Notes: generated by a model from the sequence alone, not told the origin. A stretch of 64,000 nucleotides of DNA from PVC group bacterium (GCA_043804695.1 JAZDIV010000048.1:5941-69940), one strand, 5' to 3'; numbered from the stretch's first letter, positions 9,626 to 21,245 are shown. Numbers and translations are program-made.

Positions 9626-10130
9626 TGATCTCTTTGAAAGCTTCCACTACCGGGGGAGGGACAAAATGGGAAACATCCCCTCCCAGGAAAAATATCTCTT
9701 TTACCATCCGGGAGCTGATGTAGGAATACGCTTCGGCGGGCATCAGGAAGATCGTTTCCAGGTCGGGGGAAAGCTTCCGGTTGGTGAGCGCCATCTGAAA
9801 TTCATACTCAAAATCAGCGACCGCCCGCAGTCCCCGGATCACAACCCGCGCCCCCCGCCGGGCGGCAAAGTCGATCAGCAGCCCCGAGAATGACTCCACC
9901 TCAACCCCGGGGAAAGAGGAAACGCACTCCTGCACCAGAGCAAGTCTTCGGGGGAGGGGAAAACACGGGGTCTTCTCCATGTTCTCCGTGACGGCAATGG
10001 TCAGCCGGGGGAAGATCCGGATGGCCCGCCGGATCAGATCCAGATGCCCGAACGTGACCGGGTCGAAGCTCCCCGCGTAGACGGCGTGGTTGCCGTTGGA
10101 TTGATTCTGGCTCACGGCATTAAATCGCAA
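9615..10130 (-). CDS. coaD: phosphopantetheine adenylyltransferase
   Basis: 171 aa, AVYAGSFDPVTFGHLDLI nucleotidyltransferase motif. Confidence 0.9.
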   Translation of the reverse strand: MRFNAVSQNQSNGNHAVYAGSFDPVTFGHLDLIRRAIRIFPRLTIAVTENMEKTPCFPLPRRLALVQECVSSFPGVEVESFSGLLIDFAARRGARVVIRGLRAVADFEYEFQMALTNRKLSPDLETIFLMPAEAYSYISSRMVKEIFFLGGDVSHFVPPPVVEAFKEINDH

Positions 10131-10695
10131 TTATGCTATAAATCGTCAAGCCGGTCCGGCCATATCTCTTCGCTTGCAGCCGGCGCCAGGCGCCCGGGGG
10201 CAGGACAGGCTCCAACCCGTATAAGTGCTCGACCGCCACCAGCCCATCTTGCTGCAGGGTACCAGAACCGTCGATCCGAGACAAGATATTTTCCCCCGGG
10301 GAACCGTTCATTTCTCCGCCGGCCCGATACGGCGGGTCGGCCAGAATCAGGCCGAATCTCTCCCCACGCTCTCCCAAGCGGGCCAGCGCGGAACGCCAGT
10401 CGGCGGCCATGATCTCGCTCTCCGCCTCCCGCCCGAGGCCGGAGATATTGGCCCTGATGACTTCCAGGGCCGGGCGGTGGTTCTCCACGAAAACAACCTT
10501 CGCCGCCCCTCTGCTCAACGCTTCCAACCCCAGCGCCCCGGTCCCCGCGAAGAGATCCAGGACCCGGATCCCGGGAACCGCGCCGCCGAGGATGCTGAAC
10601 AACGCCTCCCGGACCCGGTCGGCGGTCGGACGGGTTTTCTCGCCCGGAACCGACTTCAGCTTCCGGCCCTTAAATCGTCCCGCGATGATCCTCAT
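10120..10695 (-). CDS. rsmD: 16S rRNA (guanine966-N2)-methyltransferase
   Basis: 191 aa, MRIIAGRFKGRKL start, DLFAGTGALGLEALSRGA SAM motif and DPPY motif. Confidence 0.85.
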   Translation of the reverse strand: MRIIAGRFKGRKLKSVPGEKTRPTADRVREALFSILGGAVPGIRVLDLFAGTGALGLEALSRGAAKVVFVENHRPALEVIRANISGLGREAESEIMAADWRSALARLGERGERFGLILADPPYRAGGEMNGSPGENILSRIDGSGTLQQDGLVAVEHLYGLEPVLPPGAWRRLQAKRYGRTGLTIYSIIAI

Positions 10696-10920
10696 AATAA
10701 ATTAGCGCCTCCGGCGCTAATTTAGAAGAATTGGAGTGAATTGTACCTTTTAAACGTGTAACAGACTGATAATTACCCAAGAATTAGTTTGAACGCAGCT
10801 GCTCAATAAACAACGGTAAGCCCTTAGTGTAATAAAACAAAATATTTTTTCCTGGTTGCTTTTTCGCCTGTTTCGGGAGTTCAATAATTGGATCTTTCCG
10901 ATTATTGAAATTCCGAAACA
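10696..10920. repeat. ~225 bp dispersed repeat (family 2), copy 1; begins with start-codon hairpin B and ends with A'-A palindrome
   Basis: About 95% identical to 27414-27644. Contains ttagcgcctccggcgctaa at the rsmD ATG and tgtttcgggagttcaataat...attattgaaattccgaaaca at the distal end. Confidence 0.85.
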
Positions 10921-11004
10921 TGAACTTAGCTTCGCAACTGTGGGAGGGCTTTCCAAGCCCGATAATCGGGGTTCATCGGGGCTCCATTCGTTCTGCGGCG
11001 GGCA

Positions 11005-11060
11005 CCGTTCGACGTTGGGCGTTGAACGTTGAACGTTGAACGTTCATTGTTCGATGTTCA
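11005..11060. repeat. Heptamer tandem (GAACGTT/TTSRACG) in recG 3' region
   Basis: cgttcgacgttgggcgttgaacgttgaacgttgaacgttcattgttcgatgttcat just downstream of the recG stop. Confidence 0.7.
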
Positions 11061-11067
11061 TCCCTCC

Positions 11068-13140
11068 TTACCCCACATCCCCCAGCTCGAAGTTGTCCCC
11101 GTAGCGGCGCCGGAGACGGCGGCGGACCTCCTCCAGTCCCGGATCTTTCAGCCGGGGGTCTTTTTCGAGGAGATGAAAAGCCTGCCGGCGGGCGAACTCC
11201 ATCAAACGCACATCCGCCACGATGTTCCCGATCCGGAGCTCGGGCAGCCCGGTCTGCTGGGTCCCGAAGAACTCCCCCGGTCCCCGGATCTCCAGATCCT
11301 CCCGGGCGATCAGGAAGCCGTCGTCTATATCCTTGATCGCCTGCAGGCGGCGGGCGGCATCCTCCGTCCGCGGATTGCCCTGGAGAATGCAAAAGGCGGG
11401 GTAGCGGCTTCTCCCCACCCGGCCCCGGAGCTGATGAAGCTGGGCCAGGCCGAAGCGTTCGGCGTTCTCGATCAGCATGACAGTCGCGTCCGGGATGTCG
11501 ATCCCGATCTCCACCACCACCGTTGAAACCAGGATCATCGTCTTCTGGCGGCGGAATTGCTCCATCGCTTTTTGCTTCTGATCGGACGGCAGTCGGCCGT
11601 GAATCAATCCCACCGGGATGCCGGGGAAAACCCGGCTCCGCAGGTGATCGAACATTGCGACAGCGGCTTTTAACTCCAGCCCCTCCGATTCCTCCACCAG
11701 CGGGTAGACGATAAAAGCCTGCCTGCCTTCTTCCACCTGCCGCCGGATGAAGGCGTAGGCCCGGTCGAGACGGTCGGGGCTGATCCAGTAGGTCTTCACC
11801 TTTGCCCGCCCGGGGGGCATCTCGTCCAGAACCGAAAAATCGAGATCGCCATAGACGGTCAGGGTCAGGGTCCGGGGGATCGGCGTCGCCGTCATCACCA
11901 GCACGTGCGGCTGAACTCCCTTCTGTCTTAAATCCGCCCGCTGCCGGACGCCAAATTTATGCTGCTCGTCGATCACGATCATCCCCAGGTGATGAAAGGA
12001 GACGTGCTTCTGGATCAGGGCGTGCGTCCCCGCCACCACCTGAATGGTCCCCGCCGCGATCTCTTCCAGAGCCCGTCTCCGCTGCGCCCCCTTCACCCCC
12101 GACGTCAGCAGGACCGTCCGCACCCCCAGGGGGGAGAGCTCCCGATCGATGTTGGCATGATGCTGAGCCGCCAGAATCTCCGTCGGGGCCATGATCGCCC
12201 CCTGGTAGCCGCTGTCCACCGTAGTCAAAAGAGCGCAGACGGCGACCACGGTCTTTCCGGACCCGACGTCTCCCTGGAGCAGGCGGTTCATCGCCCGCGT
12301 CCCCGTCATGTCGTCCTTGATCTCCCGGACCGCCCGCTCTTGCGCCCCGGTCAGCCGGAAAGGGAGCCGCGCGATGTAGCGGTCGCGCAGGGGCGTATCG
12401 GTCGAATGGGGCAGGCTACGCACCTGCCGGGCCCGTTTCTCCCGGCGGGATCCCAGCGCCAGCTGAAGGATGAAAAATTCGTCAAGGATCAGTCGCTTGC
12501 GGGCCTCTTCCAGCGCGGAGGGATCGGACGGGTAGTGGATGTCCCTGACGGCCCGGTGGAGAGGAACAACCCGCCACCGTTCCCGGAGATCGCCGGGGAG
12601 CAGTTCGGGACAGGCAGGAAGGCACTCATCGAGGGCCCGTTCGATAATCCCCCGCAGCATCTTCTGATTCAGCCCCTCGGTCAGGGGATAGACCGGAATA
12701 ATCCGGCCGGCCTGGCTGAGGCCGTCTCCTTCCGGCCCGAGCCGTTCGTATTCAGGGTTCACCATCTGGAGCGTGCGGTACCGATGCACCGGCCCGGTAA
12801 AGGCGGCCTCCTCTCCCTCCCGGAAGGTGTTTTCCAGGTAGGACTGATTGAACCAGATGCAGGATATTTTCCCGCTCCCGTCGGCAACCACCAGACGGAA
12901 CACCTTTTTCCCCGATCGGGTCCTGCTCAGTTCCCGGGCCAGAATGTTACCCCTGACGGTGGCAAAGTCGCCTTCCCGGAGGGCGGCGATGGGAGATATC
13001 CGGCGGCGGTCCTGGTAATTCCGGGGGAAAAAATACAGAAGGTCCTCCACCGTCTCGACGCCCAGCCGCTGGAGAAGCATCGCCCGGCGGGGGCCGACTC
13101 CCTTGAGATACTGGACGCTGTTATGTAAAGGTGACTCCAT
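11068..13140 (-). CDS. recG: ATP-dependent DNA helicase RecG
   Basis: 690 aa; wedge domain followed by DEQH helicase motifs (GDVGSGKT, DEQHKFG). Confidence 0.9.
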   Translation of the reverse strand: MESPLHNSVQYLKGVGPRRAMLLQRLGVETVEDLLYFFPRNYQDRRRISPIAALREGDFATVRGNILARELSRTRSGKKVFRLVVADGSGKISCIWFNQSYLENTFREGEEAAFTGPVHRYRTLQMVNPEYERLGPEGDGLSQAGRIIPVYPLTEGLNQKMLRGIIERALDECLPACPELLPGDLRERWRVVPLHRAVRDIHYPSDPSALEEARKRLILDEFFILQLALGSRREKRARQVRSLPHSTDTPLRDRYIARLPFRLTGAQERAVREIKDDMTGTRAMNRLLQGDVGSGKTVVAVCALLTTVDSGYQGAIMAPTEILAAQHHANIDRELSPLGVRTVLLTSGVKGAQRRRALEEIAAGTIQVVAGTHALIQKHVSFHHLGMIVIDEQHKFGVRQRADLRQKGVQPHVLVMTATPIPRTLTLTVYGDLDFSVLDEMPPGRAKVKTYWISPDRLDRAYAFIRRQVEEGRQAFIVYPLVEESEGLELKAAVAMFDHLRSRVFPGIPVGLIHGRLPSDQKQKAMEQFRRQKTMILVSTVVVEIGIDIPDATVMLIENAERFGLAQLHQLRGRVGRSRYPAFCILQGNPRTEDAARRLQAIKDIDDGFLIAREDLEIRGPGEFFGTQQTGLPELRIGNIVADVRLMEFARRQAFHLLEKDPRLKDPGLEEVRRRLRRRYGDNFELGDVG

Positions 13141-13270
13141 TAATAAATTAGCTCGCTGCGCTCGCTACTTTATAATGGACCCGATTGATTCAATCGGGGT
13201 CTGTTGGTTAATTAAGATATTTTCACCGAGGCAACAATATACAAAAGCCTTTCCAACATCAGCCAACATT
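13141..13270. repeat. ~130 bp dispersed repeat (family 3), copy 1
   Basis: taaattagctcgctgcgctcgctactttataatggacccgattgattcaatcggggtctgttggtta... also found at 43292 and 47397. Confidence 0.85.
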
Positions 13271-13458
13271 TGTCTTCCGGGATATGATTTTTCTGTTGGC
13301 TTACGGTAACCCACTCTGATTTTTTCGAAGAAAAAATCAGATTATTGAAATTCCGAAACAGCGAGATAACTTTATCCTTGTTTAACGTTCTTCCCTGTGC
13401 TAAACAAGGCTTCCTCAATCAACCGAAAAGGGATGACTTAATTAAGGATTATAACACC

Positions 13459-13686
13459 ATGTCACAAGTCTGCGCAATCTGCGGGAAGCAGCCTCATTCC
13501 GGGAACAAGATCAGCCGGCGTGGTCTGGCCAAAAAGAAAGGCGGGGTGGGAAAAAGAGTGACCGGCGTCTCCCGGAGAACATTCTTACCCAACCTTCAGA
13601 AAGTCAGGGCCGTGATCGATGGCGAGGTCGTTTCCATCCGGGCCTGCACGCAATGCATCCGTTCCGGCAAGGTTGTCAAGCCTTGA
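13459..13686 (+). CDS. rpmB: 50S ribosomal protein L28
   Basis: 75 aa MSQVCAICGKQPHSGNKISRRG... L28 family; the start is taken at an internal ATG of the longer track ORF. Confidence 0.85.
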   Translation: MSQVCAICGKQPHSGNKISRRGLAKKKGGVGKRVTGVSRRTFLPNLQKVRAVIDGEVVSIRACTQCIRSGKVVKP

Positions 13687-13791
13687 ATTTCCCCTTTCAG
13701 ATCAACTGATGTAAAAGGGGAAATGTAAACCGGGAATGCCGAAGGCATTCTGATCCAACAGGTCCCCTGTATAGCCGGGGACGAGACCGCA

Positions 13792-16527
13792 TCACTTCCC
13801 CCGCTTCCTCCGGTGCCAGAGGAGAAGCACCGGGCTGGCGATATAGATGGACGAGTATGTCCCCACCACCACCCCCACCATCAGCGCGAACGCGAAATCT
13901 TTGATCACCGCGCCCCCGAAAAGAAAGAGGAAAATCACCACGATCAGGGTGGTGAGCGAAGTCAGGAGCGTCCTGTTCAGCACCTGATTGATGCTGGTAT
14001 TGATGATCGTCTCATCCGATTCTCCCCGCATCTCTTTCATATTCTCCCGGATCCGGACAAAGACCACGATGGTGTCGTTCAGGGAATACCCCACGATGGT
14101 GAGGAGGGCGGCGATAATCGGGATACTGAACTCCCGGATCGGGAGCAGGAAGAATCCCGACAGGAAACCGACCGTGATGATAACATCGTGAACGAGGGCC
14201 AGAACCGCTCCCAGCGCGAACTTGAACTCATTAAACCTGAACCAGATATAGGCCCCGATCGCCAGGAAGGCCAGGATAATCGCCCCCAGCGCCTGGGTTC
14301 TCAGCCGGCTCCCCACTTTCGGCCCCACCATCTCGGTGCGCTGCTCGTAGGTTTCAGGATCGAGAAGGGAGGGGAGCGCTTTCTTGATCGCGTCATCGAT
14401 CTGCTGGGAAGAAGGCACGGAAGCCCGGATGATGACCCCCCTCCCTTCTCCGTACTGCTGGACCGAACTGCTTTCCAGGCCGATCCCGTTCAGGATCTCC
14501 CGGATTTTCACCGCCGGCACTTCCTCCGTGAACTGGCGCTGGATCAGAATCCCCCCGCTGAAATCGATGCCGAAGTTTTTCTCGCCGTTATAGATAAAGA
14601 CGAGGATACTCCCGATCATCAGAATTCCGGAAATCAGGAATGCCGTCCGGAGTTTGCTGATGAAAGCGAAGTTCGGGTTCTTAAACATCTGGAACATCTT
14701 GAGATCGGTAAACCGCGGGCTCAGGCAGAAGAGGTCGAAAACGACCCGGGTCACCACCAGGGCGGTGAACATGCTGGCGCAGATGCCGACCGACAGCGTC
14801 AAAGCGAACCCCTTGATCGGGCCCGACATGGGAAGGAAACTGAACCCCAGCGGGTTCAAAAGGACCAGGGCGGCGATCAGAGTCGTGAGGTTGGCGTCGA
14901 AAATCGTCAGAAACACCTTCTCATACCCGGCGGAGATGGCGCGCCGGATTCTCTTCCCGGCGGCCAGTTCCTCCCGGATCCTCTCAAAGATGAGAATGTT
15001 GGCGTCCACCGCCATTCCGATGGTCAGAATGATCCCGGCGATCCCGGGGAGGGTTAACGTCGCTTTGAAGCCTTTGAAGAGGAACGGCAGCAGGCAGAGG
15101 ACCCCGATGATGAAACCGACATTCAGGCAGAGAGCGAAATCGGCCACCAGACCCGCGACCAGGTAATAGATGGCCATGAAGACAATGACGATGATCAGTC
15201 CGGCCAGGGCGGCTTTGATTCCCTGCCGGATGGAGTCTTCTCCCAGCGACGGGCCGACCGAGCGCTGCTCCTTGATCATCAGCGGGGCCGGGTAGGCTCC
15301 GGCGGAAAGCTGGCTGGCCAGGAGCTTGGCGGAGTCAAGGTCAAAGTTGCCCTCGATGTATCCCTCCCCGCGCGGGATGTGGGTCCGGATCATCGGGGCC
15401 GAGAGAACATTGCCGTCAAGGATCATGGCCAGACGGCGGCCGGGAGGATTGTCATCCGCGTTGTACTGCTTGGTAATCCGCGAGAAGATCCGCGCTCCCT
15501 TGCGGTCGAACTTGAAATGAACGATCGGCTCGCCCGTTCCCCCTTTCGTCCCGAAATAAGCGGTGACCAGGCTTTCGCCGTTCAACTCGCTCTTGTCGAC
15601 CAGGAGCAGGCTCTCCTCGCCAACCGTGCCGTCGGGGTTCACCTTCCCGTAGGTCTTCAGCGTGAAGCCGGGCGGGGCTTCGCCGTCCGCGATCGCCTTT
15701 TCCAGGCGTTTCTCATCGTCGTCAACCAGCTTGAATTCTAAAAATGCCTGGCCCTGAATCAGCTCCAGGGTCTGCTCCGGGTCCCTGACCCCGGGCAGCT
15801 GGATCAGGAGCTCGTTCCGGCCCTGCTTCTGGATCTCCGGCTCGGAGACGCCGAACTTGTCGACCCGGTTCCGGAGTATTTCCAGGGATCCCAGGTTGGC
15901 GGCCTGAATCTCCCGGGCGAAGTTGTCGAAAACCTGCTCGTTGTTCTCAATCTCATCTGCCTGAAGATCGTATTTATCCTGATAATGCTGCTGATAATAC
16001 CTGGCCAGGCTGATACCCCGCTTTTTAACTGCTTCTTTCAAAACGTCCAGGGGTTCCCTGACCGAGCCGGCGGCCTGTTCTTCAACAGTATCCATCAGGG
16101 CGGTGAAATCTTCGTCGACGTTGTCGGCCCCTTTCCGGATCAGCGCCAGCTCATCCACCGACAGGATGACGTGCATCCCCCCGCGCAGATCAAGCCCCAG
16201 GTTCAGGTGTCCCTTGGTTTTCCGTTCGATCCGCTTGATGGCTTCCTTGTTATCCTCGCTTTCCGGGAAGTATCTGGTCAGGTCGATCCCGGAAGCCCGG
16301 ACTTCCTTTTTCAAAAGCTCGATCCCGGAGATGGGGATCTTGCGTTCTTCCATCCCGTACTCGCGGTCCATCGCCTGGAGCAGCCGCTGAAACGCCTCAT
16401 CCTGGTTAACCGCTTCCTTCTTCAGATACTCCCGAACGTTCAGCTCGGTCAGCGGGAAGGAAATCACGGCCAGGAGGGCGACAACCCCCAGGATAACCAG
16501 GATCTTCCATCTCAGCCCTTTTGACAT
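13792..16527 (-). CDS. secDF: protein translocase subunit SecDF (fused)
   Basis: 911 aa with two sets of 6 TM segments and a periplasmic domain; SecD and SecF signatures. Confidence 0.9.
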   Translation of the reverse strand: MSKGLRWKILVILGVVALLAVISFPLTELNVREYLKKEAVNQDEAFQRLLQAMDREYGMEERKIPISGIELLKKEVRASGIDLTRYFPESEDNKEAIKRIERKTKGHLNLGLDLRGGMHVILSVDELALIRKGADNVDEDFTALMDTVEEQAAGSVREPLDVLKEAVKKRGISLARYYQQHYQDKYDLQADEIENNEQVFDNFAREIQAANLGSLEILRNRVDKFGVSEPEIQKQGRNELLIQLPGVRDPEQTLELIQGQAFLEFKLVDDDEKRLEKAIADGEAPPGFTLKTYGKVNPDGTVGEESLLLVDKSELNGESLVTAYFGTKGGTGEPIVHFKFDRKGARIFSRITKQYNADDNPPGRRLAMILDGNVLSAPMIRTHIPRGEGYIEGNFDLDSAKLLASQLSAGAYPAPLMIKEQRSVGPSLGEDSIRQGIKAALAGLIIVIVFMAIYYLVAGLVADFALCLNVGFIIGVLCLLPFLFKGFKATLTLPGIAGIILTIGMAVDANILIFERIREELAAGKRIRRAISAGYEKVFLTIFDANLTTLIAALVLLNPLGFSFLPMSGPIKGFALTLSVGICASMFTALVVTRVVFDLFCLSPRFTDLKMFQMFKNPNFAFISKLRTAFLISGILMIGSILVFIYNGEKNFGIDFSGGILIQRQFTEEVPAVKIREILNGIGLESSSVQQYGEGRGVIIRASVPSSQQIDDAIKKALPSLLDPETYEQRTEMVGPKVGSRLRTQALGAIILAFLAIGAYIWFRFNEFKFALGAVLALVHDVIITVGFLSGFFLLPIREFSIPIIAALLTIVGYSLNDTIVVFVRIRENMKEMRGESDETIINTSINQVLNRTLLTSLTTLIVVIFLFLFGGAVIKDFAFALMVGVVVGTYSSIYIASPVLLLWHRRKRGK

Positions 16528-16533
16528 TATAAA

Positions 16534-16890
16534 TTAACTCCCTTCGGGTTTTCTTTCCACGGCGGAGACATTGCTGCGGTTGACCTCCAGCTTCACATTA
16601 TCGGCCACCTTGACGATGATCGTCTTTTCCTTCACGCTGCTGATGACCCCGTGAATGCCCCCCGTGGTCACCACCAGGTCTCCTTTCTGGAGTTCCGAGA
16701 CCAGCTTCTGATGCTCTTTCTGCCGCTTCTGCTGGGGACGGATCAGGAGGAAATAAAAAACGGCAAACATCAATATCAGGGGAATCAGCATCCCCCCCAG
16801 TCCGCCTTTCCCCCCTTCACCCTGCTGGCATCCCATGCCGCCGCCTTCGCCGCCTCCCGGCGCCATCGCGATTGGTATATACTGCATCAT
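16534..16890 (-). CDS. yajC: preprotein translocase subunit YajC
   Basis: 118 aa, single TM segment, then DLVVTTGGIHGVI motif. Confidence 0.85.
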   Translation of the reverse strand: MMQYIPIAMAPGGGEGGGMGCQQGEGGKGGLGGMLIPLILMFAVFYFLLIRPQQKRQKEHQKLVSELQKGDLVVTTGGIHGVISSVKEKTIIVKVADNVKLEVNRSNVSAVERKPEGS

Positions 16891-16993
16891 TGACCTCCTT
16901 TCAATATTTTTTCCTTGTTCTTGTATTCCTGTTTAACAGGTAAAGGCGTCGATAGTACTACAACCACCCGGTCAGCGCAACCCACAACCGTTC

Positions 16994-18169
<1,176 letters not shown>

Positions 18170-18196
18170 TCAAGAAAAACAAAGATTTATAAAATA

Positions 18197-19234
18197 TTAA
18201 ATTATCAGCATGGCATCGCCGTAACTGTAGAAACGATACTTCTCCCTGATCGCCTCCCGGTACGCCTCCATGATTGTCTCTCTCCCAGCCAGGGCAGAAA
18301 CCAGCATGAGCAATGTTGAGCGGGGGAGGTGGAAGTTGGTGATCAGGTTGAAATCATTCCTGAAACGGTAGCCGGGGTAGATGAAGATACCGGTTGCGGC
18401 CGCCCCGTGTTCCACCCTCCCGTCCTCCCGGGTGCCGCTCTCCAGGGCACGCACGGTCGTGGTGCCCACCACCCAGAAACGTCCCCGGCGGGAGTTGATC
18501 CGGTCCGCGGTCTCCAGGCTTATCTCATAATACTCTTCATGCATCCGGTGCTCTTCCACCAGGTCGGCCTTGACTGGCTGGAAGGTGCCGTAGCCCACGT
18601 AGAGCGTCAGACAGACGATTTCCACGCCCTTATTCCTGATTCCATCCAGGAGTTCCTCAGTAAAATGGAGCCCGGCGGTCGGAGCGGCGACAGCGCCGGG
18701 TCGATGGGAGAAGACCGTCTGGTATCTCTCCCGGTCCATCCGGCGCATTTCCTCCGGATAGTTTTCCGGGTCACGTTTGATATACGGCGGCAGCGGCGGC
18801 AGCCCGATCTTTTCAACGGCTTCGAGAACGCTGCCGGCCCCGGGAAAATCGATAACGACCATCCCTCCCGACCGCTCCCGGATCACGCCGACGATCCCTT
18901 CTCCGAAATCGATCTCCGTCCCCGGCCGGGACCGACGGGCGGGTCTGATCAGGGCGTTCCATCCGCTTTCATCCGCCGGCTGCAGGAGCAGGACCTCCAC
19001 CCTCCCCCCCGTGGGGATTCTCCGGCCGTAGAGCCGGGCGGGGATGACGCGGGCATTATTGAGAACCAGCAGATCCCCCTTGGAAAAATATTCCAGAAGG
19101 TCGGGGAATTGACGATGCTCAACCCCGCCGGTCTTTCGATTCAAGACCATCAGGCGAGCATCTTCTCTCTTCCCGGGAGGATGCTGGGCGATGAGTTCGG
19201 TGGGAAAATCGTAATCGAAATCAGCTGTCTTCAT
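18197..19234 (-). CDS. queA: S-adenosylmethionine:tRNA ribosyltransferase-isomerase
   Basis: 345 aa, FDYDFPTELIAQHP start typical of QueA. Confidence 0.9.
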   Translation of the reverse strand: MKTADFDYDFPTELIAQHPPGKREDARLMVLNRKTGGVEHRQFPDLLEYFSKGDLLVLNNARVIPARLYGRRIPTGGRVEVLLLQPADESGWNALIRPARRSRPGTEIDFGEGIVGVIRERSGGMVVIDFPGAGSVLEAVEKIGLPPLPPYIKRDPENYPEEMRRMDRERYQTVFSHRPGAVAAPTAGLHFTEELLDGIRNKGVEIVCLTLYVGYGTFQPVKADLVEEHRMHEEYYEISLETADRINSRRGRFWVVGTTTVRALESGTREDGRVEHGAAATGIFIYPGYRFRNDFNLITNFHLPRSTLLMLVSALAGRETIMEAYREAIREKYRFYSYGDAMLII

Positions 19235-19779
19235 TGTTTTAAATTTTTCCCGGGAAATTTAAAACGCTCGTACTCGCTGTAGAGACATCCGCAGTACTGC
19301 TGCTTATAGAGACCATATCGCTCGGTCAGGTCCCAGTGCTCCTTCCATCCTTCCCGGAAATCCCGGTAGAGGAATTCGATCCCTGTCTCCCGGGAAACGT
19401 CTTCGGCAATCTTCCTGGCCAGCTCATGCTTCTGCTGCTTGCTGATCAATAAAGTGGTTGTAAACGCATCGTACCGCCCCTTCCGGGCAACCGCGGTGGT
19501 CTGCCTCAGACGCAGATAATAACAGTAGCGGCAGCGGGCAGCCTCCCGGAAGGCCGTCAGGCGGAAGAACTCTTCCATATCGTAACGGGGGGCAAAGATT
19601 ACCTTCACGCCCGTCTTCTCCGCGTACCCGCCGACGGCTTCTTTGCGCTTCAGATATTCCCGGTAAGGGTGAATGTTGGGGTTGTAGAAATAGCCGTCAA
19701 CCTGATGCCCTTCTTCGGAGAGAATCTTGAATGGATAGGTGGCACAGGGCCCGCAGCAGATGTGGAGTAAGATCCTCAT
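19231..19779 (-). CDS. queH: epoxyqueuosine reductase QueH (DUF208)
   Basis: 182 aa, LLHICCGPC N-terminus and conserved Cys pattern of QueH; adjacent to queA and tgt. Confidence 0.75.
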   Translation of the reverse strand: MRILLHICCGPCATYPFKILSEEGHQVDGYFYNPNIHPYREYLKRKEAVGGYAEKTGVKVIFAPRYDMEEFFRLTAFREAARCRYCYYLRLRQTTAVARKGRYDAFTTTLLISKQQKHELARKIAEDVSRETGIEFLYRDFREGWKEHWDLTERYGLYKQQYCGCLYSEYERFKFPGKNLKQ

Positions 19780-19845
19780 AACATTAAAAAATGGAGATCA
19801 GATAATCAGTAGGGAGTTGATCAGGAAATACATAAGAAGGTTATC

Positions 19846-20050
19846 GGATGATCAGGAAATCAGCAGGCAGATTATCGGGGTATTAAGGTTATCAGTCAGG
19901 GGGGCTCGCAATCTGATCACCTGATCTTCCGGTATCCCTTCCAAGGATATCAGATGATCAGGAAATCAGTAGGCAGATGATCAGGGTATAAGGTTATCAG
20001 GCAAGGGGGCCTCGCAATCTGATCACCTGATCCTCCGGTATCCCTCCCAC
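19846..20050. repeat. Tandem direct repeat (~108 bp period, about 2.5 copies), TGATCAG-rich
   Basis: gatgatcaggaaatcagcaggcagattatcggggtattaaggttatcagtcaggggggctcgcaatctgatcacctgatcttccggtatccc repeated at 19955-20045 with about 90% identity; a partial unit lies at 19800-19845. Confidence 0.8.
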
Positions 20051-20133
20051 TGATACCCTGATCACCTGATATCCCTTCCTTAGGTATCCCTCCCACTGAT
20101 ATCATGTTTTCCTGATACGCTATCTTCCCCTCT

Positions 20134-21153
20134 TTACAACAACTCACCCTGAGAACCCCGGGGCAGTTTTATCTCCAGGTGGCGGTAGGCGAGAGGTGTG
20201 GCGCAGCGTCCGGTGCGGGTGCGCTTGAGGTAACCCTGCTGAATCAGGTACGGTTCGTACACTTCGGCCAGGGTGTCTCCTTCTTCGCCGATGGCAACGG
20301 CGATGGTCTCGATTCCGACCGGTCCCCCCTCAAACTTCCGGATGATCGTTTCCAGGATGCGCTTGTCCATCTCATCGAGGCCTTTCTCATCGACGTCCAG
20401 CATGCTGAGCGCCCGGTGGGCGATCTCCGGGGTGATCTTATTATCCGCCCTGACCTGGGCGTAATCTCTCCCCCGCTTGAGAAGGGAATTGGCGATCCGG
20501 GGCGTACCCCGCGAGCGACGGGCGATCTCCCAGGCGCCATCCCCGGTAATCTCGACCTGGAGAATACCGGCCGCGCGGAGCACTATCTCCTTCGGTTCTT
20601 CCGGCCGGTAAAAATCCAGCCGGTTGACCAGGCCGAAACGGTTCCGGAAAGGCGCCGTCAGCAGACCGTACCGGGTGGTCGCGCCAACGAGGGTGAAATG
20701 AGAGAGATTGAGACGCACCGAGCGGGCCGACGGGCCCTGATCGATCATGATATCGATCACGAAATCCTCCATGGCCGGGTAGAGATATTCCTCCACGATA
20801 TGGGTCAGGCGATGAATCTCGTCAATAAACAGGATATCCCCGGTCTTCAGATTGGTTAAAAGGCCCGCCAGGTCTCCCGGTTTTTCGATGGTGGGCCCCG
20901 AGGTGGTTTTGATATCACAATTCATCTCCGAGGCGATGATATAGGCAAGGGTGGTCTTGCCGAGTCCGGGCGGCCCGAAAAAGAGAAGATGATCCAGAGG
21001 TTCGTTCCGCCCCCGGGCGGCCTGGAGCGCGATCTGGAGCCGGTCCTTGATCTTTTCCTGCCCGGTGAACTGATCAAAGGCGGACGGCCGCAGCTGGCGA
21101 TCGAGCGAGGCATCATGCTCTTTCAAGGTCTGATTGATAAACCGATCTGACAT
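20134..21153 (-). CDS. ruvB: Holliday junction branch migration ATPase RuvB
   Basis: 339 aa, AAA+ Walker [10 protein letters not shown] and RuvB C-terminal winged helix. Confidence 0.92.
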   Translation of the reverse strand: MSDRFINQTLKEHDASLDRQLRPSAFDQFTGQEKIKDRLQIALQAARGRNEPLDHLLFFGPPGLGKTTLAYIIASEMNCDIKTTSGPTIEKPGDLAGLLTNLKTGDILFIDEIHRLTHIVEEYLYPAMEDFVIDIMIDQGPSARSVRLNLSHFTLVGATTRYGLLTAPFRNRFGLVNRLDFYRPEEPKEIVLRAAGILQVEITGDGAWEIARRSRGTPRIANSLLKRGRDYAQVRADNKITPEIAHRALSMLDVDEKGLDEMDKRILETIIRKFEGGPVGIETIAVAIGEEGDTLAEVYEPYLIQQGYLKRTRTGRCATPLAYRHLEIKLPRGSQGELL

Positions 21154-21154
21154 C

Positions 21155-21245
21155 GAATTTGGGATTTGTGATTTGTAATTTATTTGTTATTTGGAATTTG
21201 TGATTTGTAATTTATTCCCATTAATCGCATTAACGTATTAGTTAA
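21155..21245. repeat. AT-rich tandem repeat (TTTGTGATTTGTAATTTATT x2) between ruvA and ruvB
   Basis: gaatttgggatttgtgatttgtaatttatttgttatttggaatttgtgatttgtaatttatt. Confidence 0.7.

Noticed and set aside
19790-20130. TGATCAG tandem repeat as a replication origin (DnaA boxes) or dif site next to xerD/ruvB
   Set aside because: No TTATCCACA-like DnaA boxes or 28-bp dif-like palindrome recognisable. xerD is 29 kb away.
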